Assembly: GCA_951406725.2 (NCBI GenBank)
Contig: OX597814.1
Coordinates: forward strand, 107,384,001 to 107,448,000
Source: Octopus vulgaris
Lineage: Eukaryota
Length of the DNA stretch: 64,000 bases
Reading direction: 5' to 3'
Of this stretch, positions 26,921 to 38,956 are shown one piece after another. Position numbers and translations under genes: made by a program. Under the pieces are notes generated by a model that was not told where the DNA came from, searched no databases, and saw only the letters and a list, made by a program, of their open reading frames with translations. Within the stretch, counting starts at the first letter, position 1. The number at the start of each line of letters is the position of its first letter.

Positions 26921-27677
26921 CAGAATCTCAATCAAATTGAAATAAAAAATGGAAATTGTAGTTGTGGCCAATGCCAGTGCCGCCTGACTGGCTCCCTGTG
27001 CCAGTGGAATGTAAAAAGCTCCATCTAAACATGATCAATGCCAGCTCCCACCTCTCTAACTTGCTCCCATGTCAGTGGCATGTAAAAAGCACCCACTACA
27101 TTCTCGGAGTGGTTGGCATTAGGAAGGGCATCCAGCTTTAGAAACTTTCCCTGATCGGATTGGAGCCTGGTGCGGCCTCCTGGCTTGTCAGTCCCCAGTA
27201 GAATAATTAAGAAGAAATATGGTAACAAAAAGCTTAAACTAGACTTTATGGCTTGGCACTTTTCAGGGCCCTGCCCCGCCAGAATATGAGAAAAATTTTT
27301 GCATTACTCCTACTTCTGTTAACAAGAAGACAATTATACACTTATTTTTTATTTTTTTTCCATTACCAAACCCTTGGGCAGTTTATAAAGTTTAAAATTC
27401 TCTTAAACATAGCAATTTGTCTGTGTGTCCTGCTCCCCACTATTTAATCCTTCTCTTCCTCATTCTAAAATATTGTTATAACTCATCGTATCATTATGCC
27501 AAAGATTTTATACTGAAACCTCCATTGGCCAAGGCTGGTTATGTGGCTACATGGGCCGGTGAGGGCAAGTGTTTTCCCCCTTTAGAGGTGCAGACATGCT
27601 TAACTCGCTAACATTCAGGTTACTTTGTCAAACATTAATTCTTATTTATTCGCATTGTTTTGAATTAATCATGCTTT

Positions 27678-27843
27678 ACAGTTCTATATTTAAGCAATGA
27701 GGAATTATTTACATTATTTACATTTGACAGATATTTGTCCCCATCTTGTTTGCTGTTAACACAACGTTTCGGCTGATATCCCCTCCAGCCTTCATCAGGT
27801 GTCTTGGGGAAATTTCAAACCTGGGTTCTCATTCCTAAGGTAT
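27678..27843 (-). mobile_element. Family A element, 5'-truncated, intact hammerhead on minus strand
   Basis: Reverse complement of the family A 3' half; core at 27758-27803 reads GACAC CTGATGA A GGCTG..CAGCC GAAA CGTT GTGTT. Confidence 0.8.
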
Positions 27844-28669
27844 CTTGGTTGGTGTTTTTTACATGCCACCAGCACGGGACCAGTCAGCTGGCACTGGCAT
27901 TGACCATGCTTGAATGGTGCTTTTTACATGCCACCGGCATGGGAGCCAGTCATGCGGTACTGTCATTGGCCACAACAATTTTGCTTACCTCAACAGGTCT
28001 TCACAAGCACAGTTTATTGCCCAATGATTGAAGGGTACTTCAACACTGGCATAGGCCATGGGTATGGTCTCAGCTATCTGTAGAAATAACCTTAACAAAA
28101 TAATTTCTACAACCAGTTTCCATTTCTGTTGGAAATGAAGAACATCACTTTCATGTTGATGACATTTGTTTACAGTTATCACATAAAGTCTGGCTAAGGA
28201 GACACACACACACAACAGGTTTCTTTCAGTTTCTGTTAACTCACAAGGTTTTGGCTGACCCAGGAATTCTAACCACATTTTGAGGTTCGCTACCTCAACA
28301 GCTCCTTTATAGAATCCACTGGCTAAAGACATCATTAGTAGGAACCACATCCGGTTTTGGCCCCTACTCCCCAACCGCTTTCAACATGCAGCCCCCCCCC
28401 CCCCTTCAGAGGTGTCTTCAGCTCTGGTGTTGAGTGCGTCTTTTCTTTCTCTTTGTGTGTTTGTGTGTAAACACACGTGTGCATCAGTGTGATCATGACA
28501 ATGTCATGGTTGAGTGATTCATGGTTTAAGACGTTAGACCAGAAATCTGTTGTGACGTGACATAATAGATATATATATGTATATATATCATCATCATTTA
28601 ATGTCTGTTTTCCATGCTGGCATGGGTTCAATGGTTTGACTGAGGACTGGCAAGCCAGTCTGTAACAAC

Positions 28670-29594
28670 TGCCATTCAGTAACAACTTTAGCTGTGTGAA
28701 TTGGTGCATTATCAACCTGAAACAGTTCCACAACCATAAAAGGAATTTAATTAGTTGAAATGCTTAAATAGTCTTGACTATTAATTCTGCCACAAAGGGA
28801 AACCATTGGGCCAAAAGATTTCCAAGATATAACCTTCCCCCAGATCCACAGATTCTCCATGTTTAACAGTTGGAAGAAGGCAGTCTGAGTCAAATGCTTC
28901 TTTTCGCTGTCTCCACACGTATACTTGGCCAGTGGTCGGAAATAAGGTAAAGGATGACTCGTCTGAGAAAATAACATTCTTCCACTGCTCTTGGGACCAA
29001 CTGTATAGGTTTTTATTCCACTCTAAATACTTTACAACATTTGTTTTTGAAAGTAGTGGTTTTCTGATTGCAGCCCTCCCATAAAATCCGGTTTTGTGCA
29101 ACTCCCAGCAAACAGTTTTTTTGGAAACTGGATTCTCAAGGTTGTCATTAAGCTCTGCAGTAATTTTAAGAGCTGTACTTTTGTGTGCCTTTCTAACAAT
29201 TCGAATAAAGGACCAGCGGTCCCTATCTTAAAGTTTTGGTTTTCTTCCGGAGTTTTGTTTCGACAAGGAGGTTTTTACCCTCTTTCTCAAAGGCTGTCAT
29301 TACTTTCAAGACAGTACTTCTTGATACACCAAACATTTTGGCTGTTTTCGTTATGCTAGCACCCGCCATTCAAGCACCAACAATTTGACCTCTTTGAAAA
29401 TCCAATAGATCTGTCATTTGAATGAATTTTAATTACCTTTTTCTGATGATATCTGAAAAGAAACAGCAATTTTAGCAAAACATATTAAGGAACACTAATA
29501 ATAAATCAAAAAACATAAAAATAAACAAGCTTTTGATGATTTTATAGATATTTCAAAATTATGATGCTAGGTGTTTCCATTATTTTGTCCAATC

Positions 29595-29598
<4 letters not shown>
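28670..29598 (-). mobile_element. Tc1-like transposon, truncated
   Basis: ORF 28781-29101 gives GRAAIRKPLLS..W..EQWKNVIFSDESSF..YVWR..PTVKHG; terminus ...AATCTCTG|TA at 29598. Confidence 0.85.
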
Positions 29599-29647
<49 letters not shown>

Positions 29648-30993
29648 AAGTAAGTTGTTGAAAGTCTATGTACCACGTCTTCACTTTTTAATCTTTTAAC
29701 ATAACAACACTCTTTAGTTCCAATCAATGGAAGCAAACAAAACTGCCAAACTACATAAATTCTCAACTGGGACTTCACGTATTTCTTTTTCTCTGATTAT
29801 AATTACATTGTCAGGAAAATATAGCCACGGTTCCATGCATTTCAGTTCATGGGGAAATAATTTTGCTTGTTGCATGCTATGAAGCTTGCCCAGCAAATAG
29901 CGAATGGAGATGAGACATGTTACTTACTGAAAATGAAAACCAAGTTTGGAAAATCAAAAATCGTTTTTTGTTCTTTTGTTCTGTTAATCAGTGTTGAAAA
30001 TGTTAACCTTTGTAGCTTCAGTGTTTTCTGAGAAACCAGAATGATCTGATAAAAATGAAAGTAGCCAATTTATTGGTAACTGAGTGTACTGGAATGCATG
30101 AATGCTAATAATTGACAGTAATTTTGTAATTAAATAAATCATCCTCATTCAACGTCTGTTTTCCATGCTGGCATGGGTTGGACAGTTGGAGAGGAAATGG
30201 CAAGCTGGAAACCTAGACCAGGCTCCATTTGTCTGTTTTGGCCTGGTTTCTATGGCTGGACGCCCTTCCTAACAACACCAACCACTTTACAGAGTGGTCC
30301 CGGTGCTTTTTACATAGAACCATTTGTAATTAAATAAATCTCTATGTGAAGGGGTTAGGGGATTCTCTATGGCTTATGGGTTAGGGGATTCAGCTTGAAA
30401 TTGTAAGGCTTTGAGTTTGATTCCCAGCAGCCGTTGTGTCCTTGAGCAAGGCACTCGCTGGTTACCCCTGTAACAGACTGTTGTTCTGTTCCAGCAGAAT
30501 GTTGGTCTGCCTGCCGAGCCAGCAGAGTGATCATCATCATTATCATTGTTTAACATCCGTTTTCATGCTAGCATGGGTTGGACAGTTCGACCGTGGTCTG
30601 GGAAGTCAGGACGCTGCGCCAGGCTCCAGTTTGATCTACAAAAACTAAAACAATGCAAGGAAGCACATTGTGATCAGCAGTGTATAACACCTGATAGTCT
30701 GGTCAATACAGTGACTGTGATATGTATACACGTGTGTGTGTGTGTATGTCTGTCCGTCCCCTTGTATTGTCGTTGTGTGATTGTTGTAAACGAATGTCAT
30801 TCATTTCCAATACTCTGCAAAAACATGTCTGGCCTGGGGAAAATCTTAAACTTGCTTGGAAACAGACGAGCATTGTTTCCAAGAAGTGTCATCGAATCAG
30901 AGTTGGTGGTCTCAGGTGGGTTGGTATGAAAAGGGGTTAAATGTCACTGTCTCCATTCATCTCTAAATGTTTTTCTTTCTAAATCTCTTTCAG

Positions 30994-31614
30994 GTCACAT
31001 ACCAACTAAAAATACTGACCACAGCCATGTTCTCGGTATTTATGTTGAACAAAAAACTTAGTCGTATGCAATGGGCCTCACTGGTCATCTTGTTCATGGG
31101 GGTCTCATTCGTGCAACTCCAACCGGCATCATCTACAAAGTCTGATGCTTCGACAACACAACAGCAACCCCTAAAAGGGCTCATTGCTGTAATCATCTCC
31201 TGTATAATGTCTGGTTTTGCTGGAGTCTACTTTGAAAAAATCCTCAAAGGAACCAAACCAAATTTATGGCTTCGCAATGTTCAACTTGGCTTTCTAGGAA
31301 CCATCATTGGATTAATCACAATGGAAATAAAAGACGGATTCCAAGTGAAAGAGAAAGGATTCTTCTTTGGTTACGACTGGGTTGTGTGGTTAGCAATTTG
31401 TTTACAGTCATTTGGTGGTCTTTTAGTAGCCGTAGTAGTGAAATACGCTGACAATATTTTAAAAGGCTTCGCTACATCAGCAGCTATCATTATATCATGC
31501 ATTGTTTCCATATATTTCTTTGACTTCCAGCTAACCATACAGTTTGTAACGGGAGCTACTTTTGTCATTTGTTCTGTCTATATGTACAGCAAATACGCAA
31601 TTGTGACCCAGTAA
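30994..31614 (+). CDS. SLC35A2: UDP-galactose translocator, last coding exon to TAA stop
   Basis: Acceptor ttttctttctaaatctctttcAG|GTC joins in phase 0 to give AATYQ|VTYQLKILTTA. Contains SGFAGVYFEKILK, WLRNVQL, GFFFGY, GGLLVAVVVKYADNILKGFATS; stop TAA at 31612-31614. Confidence 0.95.
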   Translation, partial: VTYQLKILTTAMFSVFMLNKKLSRMQWASLVILFMGVSFVQLQPASSTKSDASTTQQQPLKGLIAVIISCIMSGFAGVYFEKILKGTKPNLWLRNVQLGFLGTIIGLITMEIKDGFQVKEKGFFFGYDWVVWLAICLQSFGGLLVAVVVKYADNILKGFATSAAIIISCIVSIYFFDFQLTIQFVTGATFVICSVYMYSKYAIVTQ

Positions 31615-33426
31615 ACCGATGACAATGACAATCAGTTGTTAACAACAAACACAAAGGCATTTTTTTTATTTATTTAAACAGAAAAATGTGTTCATGGGGA
31701 TATTGTATTGTGGGAAGACTTTTTCAGTGGCCATTGCATGATGGGAAGACATTTTTTAAATGTTTTTTTTTTTCATAATGAAACTTCTGGAAGAAGAAAA
31801 TGAAAAGGTAAAGACTTCATTTATTATTAATTGACAACAATTACATGCGATAAAAATAATTAGCTCTATTAAAAATCTCTCCTCAATTAGGTCATACATC
31901 GTCTTACATGATCCCAGCATTTATGCCAACTTGATAACTTCGTGTGTGTGTGTATGTATATATATATATATATATATATATAGTTAATCCAAACAAGAAA
32001 ACACAGAAAAAAAACACAGCAACGCGAGGACATGGAACAATTAAAGTATTATTAGACGCTCAGGAAAGAAGGGAATATATATATATATATATATAGGTGC
32101 AGATATGGCTCTGTGGTAAAAAGTTTATCTCCCAAACACTTGATTCCAGGTTCAGTCCTACTGTGTGGCACTGTAGGCTAACCAAAGCTTTGTGAGTGGA
32201 TTTGGTTGATGGAAACTGAAAGAAGCCTATTGTGTGTGTGTGTGTGTATGTTTACATCTTTGTGTCTGTGTCTGCCCCTTCTACCATTTGACAACTGGTG
32301 TTGGTTTGTTTACATCCCTGTGACCTAGCAGTTTAGCAAGAGAGACCAGTAGAATGATTACCAGGCTTTAAAAAAAGTAAGTACTGGGGTTGATATGTCT
32401 GAATAAAATGCTTCAAGGTGATGCCCCAGCATGGCCACAGTCTGACTGAAACAAGTAAATGAATTATAAAGAAACCGTCCATTCCATGCCAGTGTGGAAG
32501 GATGACATTAAACGACGATGGTGAATGTGATATATAAATTGTTATCTTTCATTTATCTAGAATACCTCATAGTTCCCCCTCTTTCTCAACACGACTAAAA
32601 ATTATCATCATCATCTGTTTTCCCTGCTGGCATGGGTTGGATGGTTCCATAGGAACTGGTAAGGCTGAGAGCTGCACCAGGTTCCATAGCCTGTTCTGGC
32701 ATGGTTTCTGTAGCTGGAGGCCCTTCCTAATGCCAACCACTTTATAGATTGGACTGGGTGCTTTTTAAATGGCACCAACACCAGTGAGGTCTCTCTTGGC
32801 ATGGTTTCTACAGCTGGAGGCCCTTCCTAATGCCAACCACTTTATAGATTGGACTGGGTGCTTTTTACATGGCACCAGCAGGCTCACCAAGTTCTTACAA
32901 GACAAAACCCCTCAAGTAGAGGTGGGGCCTAGTATTGAGGGCATGGCACTGGCCAGATTGTTAGCCTAGCTTTATGATATCATGAACATAAATGACACAC
33001 ATTTATAGTCCCGATTTTATTTACCTGGATGAGTTCATCTCAGGCATAGCCAAATGCCGATCACCTCTGTCCTTTGTCATCTGATGATCTTCTTTCACCC
33101 CTTCATCCTACATCCTCCTCCTGGGTCTTGCTCTTCCACAAGTTCTCTCCATATTCAGCAATTGGCATTTCTTCATGCTGCTGCCTTCATCCACATGCAT
33201 CACGTAAACATAATACGTTTGATGCCTGTTATACCGAATTTTTTTTTTCTCAACACATTTACACTTCATTATACATCTTCACTGACATAGTGCATGCTGG
33301 CTTCATTTCTTTTAAGCCTTCACATGTCCTCTGAAGTTACATCTCATGTTTCACTACCATGTAGCAGAGCTGTTCAAACTCAAGCGTCATACAATCTGCT
33401 TTTGACTCTGAGGAAGAAACATTTTT

Positions 33427-33898
33427 ACATTATTTACATTTGACGGATATTTGTCCTCATCTTGTTTGTTGTTAACACAATGTTTCGGCTGATATACCCT
33501 CTAGCTTTCATCAGGTATCTTGGGGAAATTTCAAACCTAGGTTCTCATTCCTAAGGTATTTTTCGATGTCATTATTATTTAGCTCACTGCCTGGAATCGA
33601 ACTTGGAATCCTGGGGTTAGTAGCCTGTGCTCTTAACCACTACGCCAAGATTCCAAGTTCGATTCCAGGCAGTGACTTGAATAATAATGATAGTAATGAT
33701 GATAATAATAATGATAATAATAACATTGAAAAATACCTTAGGAATGAGAACCCTGGTTCGAAATTTCCCCAAGACACCTGATGAAGGCTGGAGGGTATAT
33801 CAGCCGAAACGTTGTGTTAACAACAAACAAGATGAGGACAAATATCCGTCAAATGTAAATTATGTACATAATTCCTCATCTCTTAAATATCGAACTGT
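33427..33898. mobile_element. Family A head-to-head fold-back (minus ~33427-33646, plus ~33645-33898) inserted in an RTE LINE
   Basis: Arms are reverse complements. AACATTTT is duplicated near both ends, and the RTE frame (LLVTKCFFLRVKSRLYDA on minus) resumes across the insertion. Confidence 0.85.
33773..33818 (+). ncRNA. Minimal type I hammerhead ribozyme motif (intact core)
   Basis: Stem I GACAC/GTGTT, CTGATGA at 33778-33784 plus extra A, stem II GGCTG/CAGCC, GAAA at 33806-33809, palindromic ACGT in place of stem III, predicted cleavage after GUU at 33813. Confidence 0.75.
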
Positions 33899-34694
33899 AA
33901 GGAACATTTTGTTACCAACAAAGGACAACTTTTCCCAGCTGGTTTTTATTTGAGCAACTATGATTTCAGAGCATCCTCCTCCATAGTTAATTTGGTCACC
34001 TAGGTAACAGAAACTATCTACTACCTCCAAGGATACCTCTGGGCATTAGGGGAAATCTATTTCCTGTGTGTTCTTGGTGTTTATTTTTCCTGCACCTCTT
34101 ATGTGTCCATAGCCTTCACAGGGTATACAGTATGGAATTTCTACCTTCATCTTTTCTCCATATCAAGCAGAGATATTTCACTGAAGGGATTAGAGATTTG
34201 TCTGCTTTCCTGCTCACTAGTACTTTGGTCTTTGCTAGATTAACTCTAGCTTAGAGTTAATAATCTTAGTGTCTAAAGCCCTTTGATTCTAGGCCTTGGT
34301 TCTACATCTGAAATTTCTTCTCTAATTCTACTATAGATTCAGCAAGCTCCTGTGGGTTTTAAATTCCTCTGTTACTGTTATAGCCTGGAGAACTACAATA
34401 AGCAAGAGGGGTCTGAGAACCAAGTCTTGGTGAATTCCTATCTGCCACCTTACTTCCAGCACCCCTGTACAAGGCTTGGATGGCTCTCACCATCCACTCA
34501 TCTACCACTAGCTTCCACAGCAACCAGCAGATGAGGGAGTGAGGGACCCTATCAAACACTTTTCCATGTCAACAAATATCAAGTACAGCAGTTTAGTTTT
34601 GGCTAAACATCTCTTGCAGTTGCCTTACGAGGAAGCTGCATCAGTCGTGCTTCTCCTTAGCACCAAACTGCATCTGCAGTGTTAATAAAGTAAC

Positions 34695-34765
34695 TATATA
34701 TATATATATGTACATTATACATATACATGTATTATGTGTGTGTTTGTGTATATATATAGACACGC

Positions 34766-34817
<52 letters not shown>

Positions 34818-35082
34818 ATTTATGTATGTATATATATATGTATGTCTGTATATATGTGTGTGTGTGTATTTATGTATGTATATATATATGTATGTCTGTA
34901 TATATATATGTGTGTGTATTTATGTATGTATATATATATGTATGTCTGTATATATATATGTGTGTGTGTGTATTTATGTATGTATATATATATGTATGTC
35001 TGTATATATATATGTGTGTGTGTGTATTTATGTATGTATATATATATGTATGTCTGTATATATATATGTATGTGTGTGTGTA
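34695..35082. repeat. Compound microsatellite with a ~50-56 bp higher-order unit (x5)
   Basis: (TG)n TATTTATGTATG(TA)n TGTATGTCTG(TA)n repeated from 34803. Confidence 0.9.
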
Positions 35083-35748
35083 TAGCAGAATGGAACACAT
35101 CTCATTCTCTAAGTTAGGATCAACGAAGATAAGAATGAACGTGGGCAACTAAGATAGAGAATGTTATACAGATATATGTATGCACGTACTTTGAAGAGGA
35201 TTGTTCATTTTGTGGGGAGGGGCCTTTGCTACAGTCTGTTACATGTTTCCCCATCATTCAACACATTGATTAATTAATCAAATGTTGGTCTTTTAATTAT
35301 GTTTAATATGAATTAATATGGTAGGTTTTTTTTTTTTTTTAGGAAGAGAAGAATATTTTCCAAATGTCTGTCGTTCAACTTTCTCTTCTAATAAAAATGA
35401 AAAAATACAAATTTTGGTGATAAAAAAATTTGAAGCGGTTAAATTTATCATGGAGGGATTTTGTATGGTCCATGGTCTGTAATCTGTGGACAACATTGTA
35501 TAGTTTTATGGTTTCTTTGATTGTTCAAATATATTTGAAGTCAATCACTGTTTGTAGAAATTTTTAAAATACAAAAAAAAAAAAAGAAAATACCTGAAAG
35601 AGTATGGTTTGAATCCATGAATCAGATGAATGATTGGAAAAGTGGAACGAAATAGGAACTGTGTGTGTGTAATAGATGTGTGTATGTGGCCCACACCCTC
35701 TATCTGTTAATAGTTGACTTTGGTGTAAAATATGGAACTACATTTCGG

Positions 35749-35833
35749 AATAAAACTATTTTTAAAAAAATTACCTGCATATCAGAATTATTTTGTAATA
35801 AAATTTTAATACCTGACACCTTGTTTTAATAAA
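35749..35833 (+). terminator. Cluster of three AATAAA signals, candidate 3' end of SLC35A2 mRNA
   Basis: AATAAA at 35749, 35797 and 35828, ending a non-repetitive U-rich segment (35.1-35.85 kb). AT-rich DNA makes chance hits likely. Confidence 0.35.
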
Positions 35834-36994
35834 CTTTCATTGTTAATGTTACAATAATCACTTGAAGCTCTCTCCACACACCACACGCAAAATAACTGGC
35901 CTCCAAGGGTCTCCATCCACAGAGTCTCTTAATGTCTTTTTCTTTGGCTCAAGGTATCAGCTTATAATTTCTGGTCTCAACTTCACAGTCTTTGAACTAT
36001 CATCATCACCATCATCATCTTCCATGCTCTTATGGATTGGATGGTTTGACAGGATCCAAAAGATCAAATGATTGCATTCTACTCCAATGTCCATTTTGAC
36101 ATGGTTTCCACAGATGGATGCCCAGCCTAATGCCAACCACTTTACAGAGTGGACTGGTCACATTTTTTTCCTGACACCAGTGCTTGTGAGGTCACCATGC
36201 ACCTTTCAAGATAAAGGTTGCCTTTGACTGCGGCTACAGTTAGTAGAGGTGTAGATTTAGGCTAAGAGACAAGAGATTAAAGTGTGAAGGAAGAACTATC
36301 TTGGAAACAAATAATGGCAGCTCCTGTTGTCTGTTTTTGCCTGGTTTTTACGGCTCGCAGCCCTTCCTAATGCCAACCACTTTACAGAGTGTACTGGGTG
36401 CTTTTTATGTGACACCATCACCTGTTTAGTTATAGATTTTCTAACCATGATAAAGTAAAATCATTTTAAAGTAAAGTTCCAGGTAAGTAATGTTCCTCCT
36501 ATATTCATCATTATCATCATTTAACATCCGCTTTCTATGCTGGCATGGGTTGGATGGTTTGACTGACGACTGGCAAACCAGGAGACTGCACCAGGCTCCA
36601 GTCTGATTTGGCAAGGTTTCTACAGCTGGATACTCTTCCTAACACCAACCACTCTGAGAGTGTAGTGGGTGCTTTTTATGTACCATCGGCACGGAGAACC
36701 AGTCGGGCAGCACTAGCATCGACCTCCGCTCAAAAGGTGCTTATTACGTGCCAGTCAGGCGGCACTGGCCACGACTACGATTTCAATTTCACTTGACTCA
36801 ACAGGTCTTCTCAAGCACATTGTAGTACCCGATGATTGAAGGGTACATTTGAATGGACCAATAATGCGACACTGGCATCGGCCATGGCTGAGATCTTATA
36901 GCTGTAAATGTGACTGATTAAGAAGCTTGCTTCCCAACTAAGAGGTCTTGGGTGTAAATGTACCATTTCTTTATAATTGAGTATCACAGTATAC

Positions 36995-37330
36995 ACCACG
37001 GATCACAATGTGCTTCCCATTCTGTCTTAATTGTGCCTTTCTTTTCCATCTTGATCCAAATTGCTTGACCAAATCATCTGATCATTATGAAGGCCTTTTC
37101 TGATTTCTTGGATACCATTTGACAACTGCATGGCTCCACCTGTTGTATGTGAACCTTGCATCATGTCTGGCTCAGCAGAACTTATGCTTTTGCTACTCTG
37201 CGATCACATTGTTTACTCCACTCCATTCCCTAATTATTATCTCATTCTGAATATCATTCTCTTAATGATATTCCTAGCATGGCCTTTTGCATCAGAGCCA
37301 ATCAATGTTCTCTTTCTTTACAATGTGACC
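36995..37330 (-). mobile_element. Decayed RTE LINE C-terminal remnant
   Basis: Minus strand gives ..NE.IREWSKQCD..W.PRNQKRP..RKAQ; heavily disrupted. Confidence 0.45.
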
Positions 37331-38566
37331 AAGAAATCATATTTCTTTAAGGGAGTATTTTTTGTTAAACTGAAAATCCAAAATTTTAGCTGCTTTTAAG
37401 GAATTAGACAAGTTCGCGTTGGATTTGCTTTGTGTCTTACAACAAATGATGATGGGATTGATGTGTGTATATTTTTCCTTTAGCATTTTAAACCCACTAT
37501 GTTGGGCAAAAGTACTCTACCTGTTTTATGTTCAAACTGGCCAGATCCAGCCTCTCACACCTACCCTACAATGTCATTCTAATAAACATACGTGAACACA
37601 TTTTTGATGCTACAAGATAATTCAGGATTAATTCAAAGCAATATGAATAAGATCTCCTCCTCCTCCGATGCCCCCTCTCCTCACGAAAGATTTTTTTGTG
37701 TCATGCAAGTTATCTGGTGACCCCGTCAGTGCAGGTGCCACATAAAAAGCACCCAGTCCACTGTAAAGTGGTTGTTGTTTGGAAGGGCATCCAGTTGTAA
37801 AAATCCTGCCAAAACAGTTACAGAAGTCTGGCATATGCTTCTTCGTGGCCAGCTCCGGTCAAATCATCCGACCCATGCCAGCATAGAAGGCAGACGTTAA
37901 ATGATGATGATGGGGTGGGTGGAGGCTGACATTATTCCAGCAGTAAAACTGACATACAAGGGATTACCAAGAGATCAATATGCAACGGCTGTATCAGACG
38001 TTACGATCCCCAATAATCTATAACTAAACAGGTGATGGTGTCACATAAAAAGCGCCCAGCAGACACTCTGTGAAGTGGTTGGCATTAGGAAGGGCTGCAA
38101 GCCATAAAAACCAGGCAAAAACAGACAACAGGAGCTGCCAAAGATTGCAGGTAAGGGTTGAATGGTTTGGGAGAATCCCTTGTGCCACAGGATGACCTCC
38201 TGTACCAGTGCAAGCTTTGGCATGGTCTCCGTGGCAGAATGCCATTCTTAATGTCTCTTCCAGTTTCGAACCCCACTGAAGCCAACTTTACCTTTCATTC
38301 TTTCAGAGTTGATAAAGTACCAGTTGAATACTGGGGTCAATGTAATCATCTAGACACCTCAAAATTTCCAGCCTCATGCCTATTACTGAAAGAATTATGG
38401 CAGTGGTTATAGGAAATTTTGCTGTGAACATTTTTGCCATAGGAAAATTCGCCATAAATAGCTTCATCACGTTTTCTTAATGTTTGACATTGAATAAAAA
38501 CTTGCCTATTTAATGCTTATTTAAAGAAATTTTATCATTCATTTATATTTTATTTAAAAAAATGCT

Positions 38567-38956
38567 GTTCTATATTTAAGAGATGAGGAATTATTTACAT
38601 TATTTACATTTGAGGGATATTTGTCCTCATCTTGTTTGTTGTTAACACAATGTTCCGGCTGATATACTCCAGGTGTCTTGGGGAGATTTTGAACCTGGGT
38701 TCTCATTCCTAAGGTATTTTTCGATGTTGTTGTTGTTATTATTATTATTATTATTATTCAGGTCCGAGTTCGATTCCAGGCAGTGACCTGAATAATAATA
38801 ATAATAATAATAACATCGAAAAATACCTTAGGAATGAGAACTCAGGTTCAAAATTACCCCAAGACACCTGATGAAGGCTGGAGGGTATATCAGCCGAAAC
38901 GTTGTGTTAACACCAAACAAGATGAGGATAAATATCCATCAAATGTAAATAATGTA
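38567..38956. mobile_element. Family A head-to-head fold-back with ~11 bp target-site duplication
   Basis: Minus arm 38567-38764, plus arm 38765-38956; AAAAAAATGCT occurs on both flanks. Confidence 0.85.
38863..38908 (+). ncRNA. Minimal type I hammerhead ribozyme motif (intact core)
   Basis: Same sequence as 33773-33818: CTGATGA at 38868-38874, GAAA at 38896-38899, GTT then GTGTT. Confidence 0.75.

Larger units (their letters stand above)
21226..30993 (+). other. SLC35A2 intron (9768 bp, GT-AG, phase 0)
   Basis: GTAAGT...TTTCAG boundaries; joining them restores the conserved YQVTYQLK motif. Confidence 0.92.
33020..34690 (-). mobile_element. RTE LINE remnant interrupted by the family A fold-back
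   Basis: Minus frames give LIFVDMEKVFDRVP..LWKLVVDEWMVRAIQALY..LESKGL..FCYLGDQI..RLYDA; same family as the 13.6 kb copy. Confidence 0.8.

Noticed and set aside
34708-35152. 120+ aa ORFs in several frames
   Set aside because: Stop-free TG/TA microsatellite; the same applies at 24.7, 18.1 and 39.6 kb.
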